Source of the DNA: a virus
Lineage: Duplodnaviria > Caudoviricetes
Virus record (IMG/VR): IMGVR_UViG_3300021964_010723
Length of the DNA: 64,000 nucleotides
Strand: one strand, 5' to 3'
A model generated the notes under the pieces. That model searched no databases, was not told the DNA's origin, and was given only the letters and a program-made list of their open reading frames with translations. Made by a program: the position numbers and the translations under genes. Positions 29,345 to 38,596 of the stretch are shown here, one piece after another. Each line of letters starts with the position of its first letter. Within the stretch, counting starts at the first letter, position 1.

Positions 29345-30439
29345 TTAATTAAGTCCTGCAAGTCTACGAATGTCAATGACATTATCCCTTGCACCAGTTG
29401 TCATATCTTGTTTTTGTGTTTTATTGCCTGTTACTTCTTTGCCTTCTGTTATAATTGCCTTTTTTTGCTCTGGTTTTTTACCGTCAATTACGGTTGGTAA
29501 ATATCTTTCAAAAGAATTTTGTAGTCTATCTGTTTGTACACTTTCTAATAAATCAAGCATAAGCTCTTTTTGTGCTTTATTTAAAGGTTCTACTAATCCG
29601 GAAATAATTTTATTCCTATTAATAGATTCGTTTAGACTTTTTAATTCTTTTTGCTTTTTATGTGTAGCAATTTTAGCTTGCTCAAGAATTTTCTTGGCTT
29701 CTATTAATTGCTTGTTTTTAATATCAACAACTTTTAATAGTTTAGATGTTTCAGATTTTTCATTGAGATAGCTATTGCCATACTCAGCTGCAAATGCTTC
29801 AAACAATCGTCTACCAAAGTCATTTTTCCGTGCAGTGTGAATATCTTCTTTTAATTGATGAATTTCTTTATTAAGAACTTTATCAACTAATGTAGATACT
29901 TTGCTTGCACTTGTTTCTACAAATTTTGTTTTAATCTTCTTGAAATGTCCTTTAGCTTCTCTAACCAGTCTTACTTTAGTTTCAGCTAAATCTTTCTTAT
30001 CAATTTGGAACTCTTTAATTTCTGATGCTAGACTTTCGATAATAAAATCTTCTAACATTCTAAATTTGTCCGCCATTGTTTTTTGATCTTCGTGAAGTTC
30101 TCTAACTTCTTTTACTAGGCTTTGTGTTACAAAATGCTTCATTACAGAGGCGTTTTCTTTCATAGCTCTAGTATATTTGGTTTTTGCTTCAATAAGTTGC
30201 TTGCGATCTTCAACTAGTTCGGCCATTTCAGCTTCTAGTTTTTCGCTTACCATTCTATCTACAGCTTCTACCATTAAGCCTTTGTCATGCTCATATTTTT
30301 GAGCAAATTCCTCACGAAGTTCGGCAGTAACACTTAGACGATTTTCTTTCACCTTTGCGTTCCATGCTTCTTCAATTTCCTGGCGCACATCTTCTGAAAC
30401 TACGTTGTTCTCAAAAAGTGTTTTTAGTGCATCCAACAT
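29345..30439 (-). CDS. gp22: Prohead core scaffolding protein (gp22-like)
   Basis: Coiled-coil Glu/Lys-rich protein between the protease and capsid genes, matching T4 synteny. Confidence 0.75.
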   Translation of the reverse strand: MLDALKTLFENNVVSEDVRQEIEEAWNAKVKENRLSVTAELREEFAQKYEHDKGLMVEAVDRMVSEKLEAEMAELVEDRKQLIEAKTKYTRAMKENASVMKHFVTQSLVKEVRELHEDQKTMADKFRMLEDFIIESLASEIKEFQIDKKDLAETKVRLVREAKGHFKKIKTKFVETSASKVSTLVDKVLNKEIHQLKEDIHTARKNDFGRRLFEAFAAEYGNSYLNEKSETSKLLKVVDIKNKQLIEAKKILEQAKIATHKKQKELKSLNESINRNKIISGLVEPLNKAQKELMLDLLESVQTDRLQNSFERYLPTVIDGKKPEQKKAIITEGKEVTGNKTQKQDMTTGARDNVIDIRRLAGLN

Positions 30440-30452
30440 TATTATTCTCCTA

Positions 30453-31076
30453 TTATTGGAGTCGATTGATCATATTGATCAACGATTCTTTTAAGTACTT
30501 TTGTGCCTTTTTATCTTCTCTAGTTGCCTGTGCTAATTCATATGCCTTATATCCACCTCTTGTATTCATTAAATGTTCGTATATAGGAGTTGGATACGCA
30601 CCAGGTGCGCTAGGTTGTGCTACAACATCTACTGTAATAATTTCAAAATCACTTACATTTCCGCTTCCGTCTTCTGAAACATTTCCTGACCCTCTACTTG
30701 AAACTCCTAGCTTAACTCCGCTTTCCAGCATTGTTCTTACTAATTGTCCCATAGGCGTTGGAAGGATTTTCATTTTTCCGTAGCCATTTGGACCGTCCAT
30801 CCACATTTCAGTTATCATGTGGCTAACACGATCCAAATTGACTGTGAGGCCTTCTGGATGATCTACTTCACCGAGAACACTATATCCACCTTGTATCTGC
30901 TCGCTGAGAGTTTTGACAGCCCTGCCAATTTCGTTTACAGGATAAACACGCTGGTTAGCGTTGCGTACTCCACCTTGTATACAAATTCCCTTCATAAACA
31001 AGTCTTTTCCTTCGTTGGCATTCTCAACGATAACTCCTGCTTGGTCAAAGGTCAAATGCTCTCGTAGTAAATTCAT
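30453..31076 (-). CDS. gp21: Prohead core protease (gp21-like)
   Basis: NANQRVYP, GEVDHP, GVSSRGSG and DVVAQPSAPGAY motifs. Confidence 0.93.
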   Translation of the reverse strand: MNLLREHLTFDQAGVIVENANEGKDLFMKGICIQGGVRNANQRVYPVNEIGRAVKTLSEQIQGGYSVLGEVDHPEGLTVNLDRVSHMITEMWMDGPNGYGKMKILPTPMGQLVRTMLESGVKLGVSSRGSGNVSEDGSGNVSDFEIITVDVVAQPSAPGAYPTPIYEHLMNTRGGYKAYELAQATREDKKAQKYLKESLINMINRLQ

Positions 31077-31089
31077 CTATAAGTCCTTA

Positions 31090-32328
31090 TTATTTTGCTC
31101 TCTTTGGAGCACCGTTTAATGGGCTTCCAGCACCTTTGTCGGCTGACTCTGGCTTACCTTTTCTTTCAGCACCATGTCCTGCAGAATGTGGTTTCATTGC
31201 AGGTGCTTTCTTATTTCCTGGAACATTTACATTTCCTGTGCTCATATCTTTTGGATTTTGATCACTTACTGGGTTACCATGTAGATTACCTTTGTTAGCT
31301 TCTACACCGGCTTCGGTATCGGCTCTTAAGATGTTTTGAGTAGTTCCGCCCATATCATTTTTTCCGGCTACTGGTGACTTGGTGTTTGTGCCGTTGTCGC
31401 CCATTTTGCCATATTGATGATATTGCTCGCCGCCTACTTTATTAACATATTCTCGCATTAGTTCTGCTTGACTCAAATTTTTTCTTGACTCATAATTAAA
31501 ATTTTCTTCAGGCATTTCCTCTTCTTCGTCGCCCATATCCATGTCGCCTTCTTCGTCGCCCATATCCATGTCACCTTCTTCGTCGCCCATATCCATGTCG
31601 CCTTCTTCGTCGCCCATATCCATGTCGCCTTCTTCACCGGCTAGCATTTGCTCAAACTCTGCTTTAAGATCGGCTAATTCTGCTTCAAGATCTTTAATAT
31701 CATCTTGTGTTACAGGTTCGTCACCGTCCATGTCAGCATCCATATCCATGTCGCCTTCTTCGTCATCCATGTCCATTTCCATGTCATCGCCTGCGTCTCC
31801 GCCCATCATTCCCATGTCCATGTCTATTTCTGGTTCACCTTCAACTTCAAATTCGTCTAAATTAAAGTTTTCATCAACTTCTTCATCGTCTGATTCATCA
31901 ACTTCTTCATCGTCTGATTCATCAACTTCTTCATCATATGATTCGTCTAATTCGTCATCAGCTTCGTCAACTTCTTCGTCATCAGCTTCGTCAACTTCTT
32001 CGTCATCAGCTTCGTCAACTTCTTCATCTTGTTCTTCTTGCAACAAATTTTCATAAATTTGTCTTGATTTTTCTACTACAATCTCATGGAATAGATCTTC
32101 TGCTCGTGCTGTATCTTCATTCACAAGATACTCAAGCATTTGTTGAAATTTATCAACTGATTCTTTTTTCATAGGTCCTGATTTTGCTGTAGAACCTGTT
32201 TTTTGAGTATCAGCTTTTTCAGCTTGATCTAATTCTTTTTGTTTTTGATCGCTGACCGGACCTTTTTTACTGCCAGCTACTGGCTTTACTGCCTCGTTCA
32301 CTCGCTTTCTTGTTCTTTTTTCTGCCAT
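31090..32328 (-). CDS. Highly acidic prohead core / internal protein (412 aa)
   Basis: D/E/M low-complexity repeats; upstream of gp21 as for T4 gp67/68; AGGAG SD and TAAATA. Confidence 0.65.
   Translation of the reverse strand: MAEKRTRKRVNEAVKPVAGSKKGPVSDQKQKELDQAEKADTQKTGSTAKSGPMKKESVDKFQQMLEYLVNEDTARAEDLFHEIVVEKSRQIYENLLQEEQDEEVDEADDEEVDEADDEEVDEADDELDESYDEEVDESDDEEVDESDDEEVDENFNLDEFEVEGEPEIDMDMGMMGGDAGDDMEMDMDDEEGDMDMDADMDGDEPVTQDDIKDLEAELADLKAEFEQMLAGEEGDMDMGDEEGDMDMGDEEGDMDMGDEEGDMDMGDEEEEMPEENFNYESRKNLSQAELMREYVNKVGGEQYHQYGKMGDNGTNTKSPVAGKNDMGGTTQNILRADTEAGVEANKGNLHGNPVSDQNPKDMSTGNVNVPGNKKAPAMKPHSAGHGAERKGKPESADKGAGSPLNGAPKRAK
31521..31635. repeat. Tandem 27-nt repeat x4 (EEGDMDMGD)
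   Basis: CTTCTTCGTCGCCCATATCCATGTC(G/A)C at 31521, 31548, 31575 and 31602. Confidence 0.9.
31871..32030. repeat. Tandem ~24-nt repeats (EEVDEADD / EEVDESDD)
   Basis: Repeated TCATCAACTTCTTCATCGTCTGAT and TCGTCAACTTCTTCGTCATCAGCT units. Confidence 0.85.
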
Positions 32329-32372
32329 TGATTACTCCTATAAAATTACCAAATGGTAAGGCTGTCATACTA

Positions 32373-32378
32373 TATTTA
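32373..32378 (-). promoter_or_regulatory. Late promoter core of the head operon
   Basis: GTAAATA upstream of a small TTACC-ATTT-GGTAA leader hairpin and an AGGAG SD. Confidence 0.6.
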
Positions 32379-32424
32379 CTGTTATTTAATTAAAATGTTA
32401 TTAAATAGGTGAAAAAATGTGGTT

Positions 32425-33143
32425 TTATAGATTGAACGTTTGTAAAAAAAAATCTTTTTGCATTGTTTTGTAATTTGTAAATAATTCAAAATCAGGCGGA
32501 TTGTATGTATTTGGCTCTATTACTCTTATAAAAGTTATATTTGGATTATCTTTTATTATCATTTTAGTTTGTCTTGACCAATTACCAAAAAATGTAGCTC
32601 CGTCGGAACTTTTTTTATAGTTAGGTGTATTTGCATATATATTATTAAATTTTTTTCCGTTATCTAAACCTTTATAATCAAAACCTAATATATAAATTTC
32701 AAGAAAATTATGCTGTGTTGCAAGCCATAAAGCTGTAGGACCACTACTCCACCCTTTGCTAGGTTGAAAATAGTTGAAATTATTCATACGCTCAAATGAT
32801 CTGTTTGGATTTGTCCAAACAGTGTTACAGTTTTGGTATCCTGATTTGTTTATTTCGAGAATCATTTTTACATCTACTGCAATTAAATAATCTGGAGAAA
32901 ACTCTCTGTATAAGGCATTGCAGCCATAAATTGTACCAATACTTTTCAAGACTGCTAAATCTATTCCTTGTCGAGAAATACCATTACCGAGTACAAATGC
33001 TAAATTATGACTCTTATTGACTCTATCTTTTGCATCTAGTTTTATGATTTGAGTTTCTTTTTTTTTTGATTTTTTGCTATTCTACGTTGTTCTTTTATTA
33101 GTTTAAATTCTTCTTTAGTGTATAATGATTTATCAATTTTCAC
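32425..33143 (-). CDS. DUF115/MptE/Maf-like protein, split by a -1 frameshift at an A10 run (fused ~239 aa)
   Basis: The downstream frame extends beyond the track start to AFVLGNGISR...IYGCNALY...GWSSG...IYILGFD. The upstream frame (GTG at 33143 overlapping the previous TGA; VKIDKSLYTKEEF...) ends 5 codons after A-AAA-AAG. Confidence 0.6.
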
Positions 33144-33397
33144 ACTAACCCTTCACCTGCTGCAGCGGCTTGAGCAGCCATTCCGTACATCTGTCTTACA
33201 AATTCAATCTCATTGGCTTTTTCTTTATCATGGAGTTCTGCTGCTTTCCTAGCACGATTTATCTGTTTAAGGGTTAATCTTGTTTTCCTAGTGTCGTCTA
33301 GATCAACAACAGATTTGTCATACTGTGGCTCGTACCTGTCATCTTCTGCAGGCTCCATAGTTTCTTTATCATAATAAAATAATTCACGTAGTATCAT
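33140..33397 (-). CDS. Hypothetical head-module protein (85 aa; start revised to MILRELF)
   Basis: The track extension overlaps the portal gene. ATG at 33397 follows TATAAATA (33409-33402); contains an RKTRLTLKQINR motif. Confidence 0.65.
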   Translation of the reverse strand: MILRELFYYDKETMEPAEDDRYEPQYDKSVVDLDDTRKTRLTLKQINRARKAAELHDKEKANEIEFVRQMYGMAAQAAAAGEGLV

Positions 33398-33404
33398 ACT
33401 GTAT

Positions 33405-35162
33405 TTATACCGTCGGGGCGGCTCCTGTATCTGCTGGGGCGGCTTCGGCTCCTGGTTCAGGAACTGTTGCGCTTGTCGGCGGTTCACCTTCGCCGCCGTC
33501 TTCCATTCCTTCAATATCTGCAATATCTTCTGCACCTCCGACATCTGCAGAAATACCTGCACCACTTATACCAACGCCTCGCATTTCAGCAGCAGCGTCG
33601 CCACCACCTGGTTGTAGAGTTTCGTCATTTTCTTCACGCCATAGCCGTTCATTTTCTGCAATTTCTTCTTCACTTAATCCTAGATATCTTTTTAATGCAA
33701 AACGATTAGCAATAAATGGTATAGCTTGTAATTGTCCAAATGTACCAATCCTTTGGGTGTCAAGTTCAGATTGTCTATATGCTGCAAAATTTTGAGGAGG
33801 ACAAAACTTTATATCAAACATTGCGGTATCTATATTCACGCCCTTTTCTAGTAAATATCTTTTAAATTCTTGATCAAATTCTTCTATTAATAAGTTTTGT
33901 AATCGTTCACAGTAAGTGTTAAATCTCAATTCTTGTATATATGCCGTACCTACTCGACCGTCATTATATTGAGCATTGCTATCGTCGGCACCGGTAGGTA
34001 AATAACTGCTAGGTATACGTAAACCTCTTACTAATTTGTTGGTAAAATATCGCAAGTCATCTATTTCACCTAGGTTAGTTCCGCCTGGAAGGGTTTCAAC
34101 TTTGCTACCTCTGCCTTCGGCTGTTTGAGGGAAAAAGTAATCTTCGTTGATTGACAGAGGATTATAGCTACTGTCTATGACGTTTGTTCCTCCTCCTGTC
34201 TTGGATGGTATTCTCCGCTGATGGATTTCCGTTTTTACACGCTCCACAAACTGCATTGCAAGATGGCTAGGCATGTTACCCACATCAACATAAAAAACTC
34301 TTCTCTCAGGTGCTCTTTGCACCCTGTAAATTATAATTGCGTCTTCTAGTAATTCTTTTTGCTTGTAAACTTTGAAAATACTTTCTAATAAACTGTTACC
34401 GAAAGGAAAATTTTCATCTAATCCTTCGCTTAAACTTATGTGTAGAATATGATCTGCATTTACTGCAATCTCTTCTTGTTCAAGCATAAATCTCGAGCCA
34501 CCTTGTGTTGGATTAGTTGGTCCAACCATTCCCCTAGCTCCACCTGTTAAGTAACCTGTTCCGCCACCAGTTACACTACCATTTGTTTGCAAAGGTTGTG
34601 TTGCAACAAGATCCTTAAAGTTTAATGCTACATCTTGTACGATATATTGTTCAGGTTCTTTGCCTTCACTTTCGTTAACTATTATACGATTTACTTTTGC
34701 AGGATCAACATAAAATAATTTTTTTGTTTCCGGATCTCTTAAGAAAAAAGTATCGCCATATTTGAATGTATTCCTTACAATCCTAAACATTCTAGTTTCA
34801 AATTCTTGTAGTTTATACCATTGTTTTAAGTATTCGCTTAGGATTTGTACTTCGGTGTTTGTAGCATTCTTATAAAATTTAAATTCAAAATGAGTATCAT
34901 TCTTTTTATTTTTTTGCGTACAAAATTCTGCAAGGATATCAAGTGCAGCATTTACTTCTGAATCCATATCCATAGTATTGTACTGTCCGTATCTTTCAAC
35001 TCGATTAGGTGCACCGGTATAGATATCTGGTAAGAATGAATTGTAATTAGATCTTGCTGGACCAGGCTTATTCGAAAATTCTCTTCCGCTTATAGGTCCA
35101 TAATCTTCATTCGTATCCCTGTTTTTTTTTGTTGCAGGTGTAAAATATTTTTTCCAACTCAT
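33405..35162 (-). CDS. gp20: Portal vertex protein (gp20-like)
   Basis: LEDAIIIYRVQRAPERRVFYVDVGNMP, EDYFFP..GRGSKVETLPGG and LRIPSS motifs. Confidence 0.96.
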   Translation of the reverse strand: MSWKKYFTPATKKNRDTNEDYGPISGREFSNKPGPARSNYNSFLPDIYTGAPNRVERYGQYNTMDMDSEVNAALDILAEFCTQKNKKNDTHFEFKFYKNATNTEVQILSEYLKQWYKLQEFETRMFRIVRNTFKYGDTFFLRDPETKKLFYVDPAKVNRIIVNESEGKEPEQYIVQDVALNFKDLVATQPLQTNGSVTGGGTGYLTGGARGMVGPTNPTQGGSRFMLEQEEIAVNADHILHISLSEGLDENFPFGNSLLESIFKVYKQKELLEDAIIIYRVQRAPERRVFYVDVGNMPSHLAMQFVERVKTEIHQRRIPSKTGGGTNVIDSSYNPLSINEDYFFPQTAEGRGSKVETLPGGTNLGEIDDLRYFTNKLVRGLRIPSSYLPTGADDSNAQYNDGRVGTAYIQELRFNTYCERLQNLLIEEFDQEFKRYLLEKGVNIDTAMFDIKFCPPQNFAAYRQSELDTQRIGTFGQLQAIPFIANRFALKRYLGLSEEEIAENERLWREENDETLQPGGGDAAAEMRGVGISGAGISADVGGAEDIADIEGMEDGGEGEPPTSATVPEPGAEAAPADTGAAPTV

Positions 35163-37699
35163 ACTAATTGTGCATCCGGATTATTTTTTTTCTGTTTTGC
35201 TCTAAAAATCTCATTACTCTCTTTATTTACCTCAATAAGTTCTCTCACTGCACTAATAAGACGTCCGTAATCAGATACAGCATTTTGATTATTTTGGCTA
35301 TTAGCTAAATCTCCAATCATTGTAGTCTGCGCTTTTAACTCCGTAAGGATTAAAGTTGGCGTGTTATCAGTGGGTTCAATCCTGTTATTATCATTTTCTT
35401 TAGGTTTGCTAGAGCTAGATGAATTAGTCAAGTGATGAACAAGTTGCATTTGATTTTCGTGCATTTTATTATGACTCATAGTCATTTCTTGTATTGCTGT
35501 AGTAAGAGTCTTATAAATTTCCTCTGCTTTATTTCCAACATTCTCTTGCGCTACATTTTCTTCTTCAGCCTCATTTATGTTTTCTAAGTCGTTTGTTTTA
35601 GGTCCGTTAATTTGAGTTACACCTGCATCTTCTATTTGAGGAACCTTAAGATCTTCTTCTGCCTCATTCACTTTTTCTAAGTCGTTAGTTTTTGGTCCGT
35701 TAATTTGAGTAGCACTTGCATCTTCTATTTGAGGAACCTTAGGATCTGTTTTAAAATCTGCATTAATTTGGGTAGCACTTGCATCTTTTATTTGAGGAAC
35801 ATTAGGATCTGTTTTCAAATCTTCATTTTTAGATTTATCTTCTTTATTGATAAATTGTTGGAGTAATGATTCATTATCACCGAGTAAATTTTGTAAAATG
35901 TCAACTGTACTATCAGATAACGACTGTATCCCGTATTCTAAAGCTTTTAGGTCCTCTGGACTTAAATTTTCTATTTCTCCTAGCTTATCTGCATAGGCCT
36001 GTGCAATTTCCTCATTTTTTTCCTTTTCCAACCTTGCTTTTATTTCTGCTTTTGCCCTACCTGCTCCACCGCCACCTTCTTCACTACTAAAAAATCCTGC
36101 TCCTAATTCTCTACGCAATTTTGCCTTTTCAGACCCAATTTCAGTATTAGCATATTGTTCATATAACTTCAATTGATCATCAGTTATGCCTAAATCGGCT
36201 CTCTCTGTTTTGCTTAATTTCTTTATTTCTTCAAGCAACGCTTTGTCATCGTTTAATTGCAAAATATTTCCTGTTAACTCATCTACTTTTGCTATTAATT
36301 CTTGCGTAAAGTCAGAAGCGGCTCCTTCTTGTACATCTGCTTGAAAGGCTAGCATATCTTGCTCATAATCAACTTCTGCACCAAATGCTTGTTGATTCAC
36401 TGTCCTTTGAGCTTCTACTGTAACATCTGTTTGCGCTTTTTGAGCAGCGCCAATTGTCCTTCGTATTTCTCCACCTTCTGCCATCCCATCAAACTGTGCT
36501 GCAGTTTGATCAGTTGCTGCTTTAAGTGTATCATTCCATGCCTTTAAAAATGTAGCAGTGTCGCCGGTGATACCCTCAAGCCCTTCTATATTTCCTTTAA
36601 CTCTATCTATTATAGGTCCTATTTCTTCAAAGGCATCTGCTTGAGTTTTTGCTACATCACTAACTTGAGCAAGCGCAGCTAATCTTAAACCTTCCTCACT
36701 TTGAGCAAAAGCTGCAGCTTCTGCAGCAGCTTTTTCACTTAATTCTTTAGCTAATGCAATATCTCCTCTTTTTGTAGCTGCAGCAGCTTCTTCTAATAAA
36801 CCATATGTTTCACTATTGAGTGAAGCAAAGTTTTTAGTTGCTTCACTCATAGGAACACCTGTTTGAATTAAATCATCTAATAGGTTTTGAACAACAGGTG
36901 CAGCTTGCTGTAACGCAGCCTGAGCACCTTCATATGCTTTACTTGCTCCTACTGCACCTTGTCTTTCAGCTAACTGTAGAGAAGCTTGAGTGGCGCCAGA
37001 TTTTTTCCTTTGATTAATCTCATTTTGCATATCCTCTGCATTTTTGCCAGTTAATTTGCTGATAATTGTTAAAGATTTTGCGTATTTGGCAGCTTGTTGA
37101 ATTTGTTGATTAGTTGATAGCCCTTGTAATCTCATACTCCTTTGATTTTGAGCAAGATACTTTACAGTAAATCCTGTTAATTCCTCTGTGCTGTATCCTA
37201 ACTCCCTAAACCTTGCGTCTATTCCAGTATCACGGAGTGCTTGACCAATTGTACCAATTGCTTTGGTACCACCGTCAACTCCTCCTGCAAATCTCACAAG
37301 GTCTTTGCTATTGCTGATAACAAGCTCAGCAAAGCCTGCTAATCCCAATCTCGAATCAGTTACAGATGTCCTTAATTGTATTAGATTACCAGATAATCCA
37401 CCGCCTACTTTGCTTAGATGTTCAAACGCAGTAATACCTGATTCAAAATAGGATGCAGCATCTGCTCCTACGTTTGCAAGAGATTGAAAAGTATTTCCTA
37501 ATACAGGAACTACGCTTGCTAGACTTCCAATGCTAGTAATTGTCTGTTGTAAACTTACAGTTCCTTGATTTAAAACTTGTGTGAACGAACCACTTGCACC
37601 TTCTAAGTTTTGAGTAAGGCTGTTGATCGATAAACCTGCTTTTTTTGCTTGTTCGAGCAATGTTTCCACTACTTTATCTAGTTCTTCTTGCGTTGGCAT
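35159..37699 (-). CDS. Tape-measure-like protein (846 aa)
   Basis: Long Ala/Gln/Gly-rich helical sequence; ATGA coupling to the portal; next to the gp26-like gene. Confidence 0.55.
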   Translation of the reverse strand: MPTQEELDKVVETLLEQAKKAGLSINSLTQNLEGASGSFTQVLNQGTVSLQQTITSIGSLASVVPVLGNTFQSLANVGADAASYFESGITAFEHLSKVGGGLSGNLIQLRTSVTDSRLGLAGFAELVISNSKDLVRFAGGVDGGTKAIGTIGQALRDTGIDARFRELGYSTEELTGFTVKYLAQNQRSMRLQGLSTNQQIQQAAKYAKSLTIISKLTGKNAEDMQNEINQRKKSGATQASLQLAERQGAVGASKAYEGAQAALQQAAPVVQNLLDDLIQTGVPMSEATKNFASLNSETYGLLEEAAAATKRGDIALAKELSEKAAAEAAAFAQSEEGLRLAALAQVSDVAKTQADAFEEIGPIIDRVKGNIEGLEGITGDTATFLKAWNDTLKAATDQTAAQFDGMAEGGEIRRTIGAAQKAQTDVTVEAQRTVNQQAFGAEVDYEQDMLAFQADVQEGAASDFTQELIAKVDELTGNILQLNDDKALLEEIKKLSKTERADLGITDDQLKLYEQYANTEIGSEKAKLRRELGAGFFSSEEGGGGAGRAKAEIKARLEKEKNEEIAQAYADKLGEIENLSPEDLKALEYGIQSLSDSTVDILQNLLGDNESLLQQFINKEDKSKNEDLKTDPNVPQIKDASATQINADFKTDPKVPQIEDASATQINGPKTNDLEKVNEAEEDLKVPQIEDAGVTQINGPKTNDLENINEAEEENVAQENVGNKAEEIYKTLTTAIQEMTMSHNKMHENQMQLVHHLTNSSSSSKPKENDNNRIEPTDNTPTLILTELKAQTTMIGDLANSQNNQNAVSDYGRLISAVRELIEVNKESNEIFRAKQKKNNPDAQLV
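35575..35815. repeat. Three VPQI(K/E)DAxxTQIN repeats (93- and 63-nt offsets)
   Basis: TTAATTTG anchors at 35607, 35700 and 35763. Confidence 0.85.
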
Positions 37700-37742
37700 A
37701 AATATTTTCCTATAAAATTAAATGTTGCATTAATACTATTTA
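37699..37742. promoter_or_regulatory. Face-to-face late promoter pair
   Basis: TAAATA on + at 37699-37704 and on - at 37742-37737, between divergent genes. Confidence 0.5.
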
Positions 37743-37753
37743 TTTGGAGATTT

Positions 37754-38596
37754 ATGGCAAGCTTTCTCAATCAATTTACTCGACAGCCCAAGATATTTGG
37801 AACTTTACCTAGTCAAGGAATCACATATAATCAAGAAGTTATACAAGACATGAATGTAACTAGTGTTCCTATTTTTGGAATGAACACCATGGATGAATTA
37901 ATTTTAAAAACACCTGATGCTTTATTTTCAGGAGAAGCTACAGCTCTAGTTGTTAAAAGCTGCATTCCGTCTATTTTAGATCCTTGGAAAATTTTAACTG
38001 CTGATATGGATTACTTATTAATTGGTGTAAGAATTGCAACATATGGAGATAGATTACCTATTACAACTACATGTCCTAAATGCAAAGCGGATACTAAGAG
38101 TGATCTACATTTACCAAGTCTGTTAGACAATTATACGTCCCAAGAACCTGTAGAAAAAATTACATTTAATGGTTTAGATTTAGATATTGTTCCATTAACT
38201 TATGAAATCTCAACTAAAATATCAAAAGACAACTATCAAATGCAAAGAACACTGTTGCATATTGATCAACAAAAAGATTTATCAGAGGAACAAAAAGATC
38301 TACAAAAACAAACAATCTACAAAAGTTTATCTATGTTAAATTTTGAGACTGTCTTACATCATGTTTATAGTATATCTGACGGACAAAATGTAGAGACAGA
38401 CAAAGAAGAAATTTTTGCTTTCGTCAAAAATTCTGAGATAGGTTTATATAAGTTAATAGAAGATGCTACGAATATAATTTCTAAAAAGTTTGCCCTACCA
38501 AAAGTTGACGTTGCCTGCTCAAGCGAAACATGCAATCATGTTTACAAAAGCGAAACTTCTTTTGATTATTCAAATTTTTTCGAAGTCAGATCTTAA
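37754..38596 (+). CDS. Baseplate hub / tail assembly chaperone (gp26-like, ~280 aa; start revised to MASFLNQF)
   Basis: GGAG SD before ATG 37754. DELILKTPDALFSG, DYLLIGVRIATYG, CPKC and C..C motifs; ends ...SNFFEVRS. Confidence 0.75.
   Translation: MASFLNQFTRQPKIFGTLPSQGITYNQEVIQDMNVTSVPIFGMNTMDELILKTPDALFSGEATALVVKSCIPSILDPWKILTADMDYLLIGVRIATYGDRLPITTTCPKCKADTKSDLHLPSLLDNYTSQEPVEKITFNGLDLDIVPLTYEISTKISKDNYQMQRTLLHIDQQKDLSEEQKDLQKQTIYKSLSMLNFETVLHHVYSISDGQNVETDKEEIFAFVKNSEIGLYKLIEDATNIISKKFALPKVDVACSSETCNHVYKSETSFDYSNFFEVRS

Noticed and set aside
31521-32030. CRISPR array
   Set aside because: The repeats are contiguous, in-frame coding tandem units with no spacers, and no cas genes are present.
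32260-32367. Leaderless uORF (MTALPFGNFIG...) overlapping the core-protein start
   Set aside because: No supporting features beyond an ATG near TAAATA; likely chance.
33398-33565. Track N-terminal extension of the 141-aa ORF, and similar extensions at 37688 and 15165
   Set aside because: These overlap neighbouring genes; better starts with promoter or SD support exist at 33397, 37754 and 15096.
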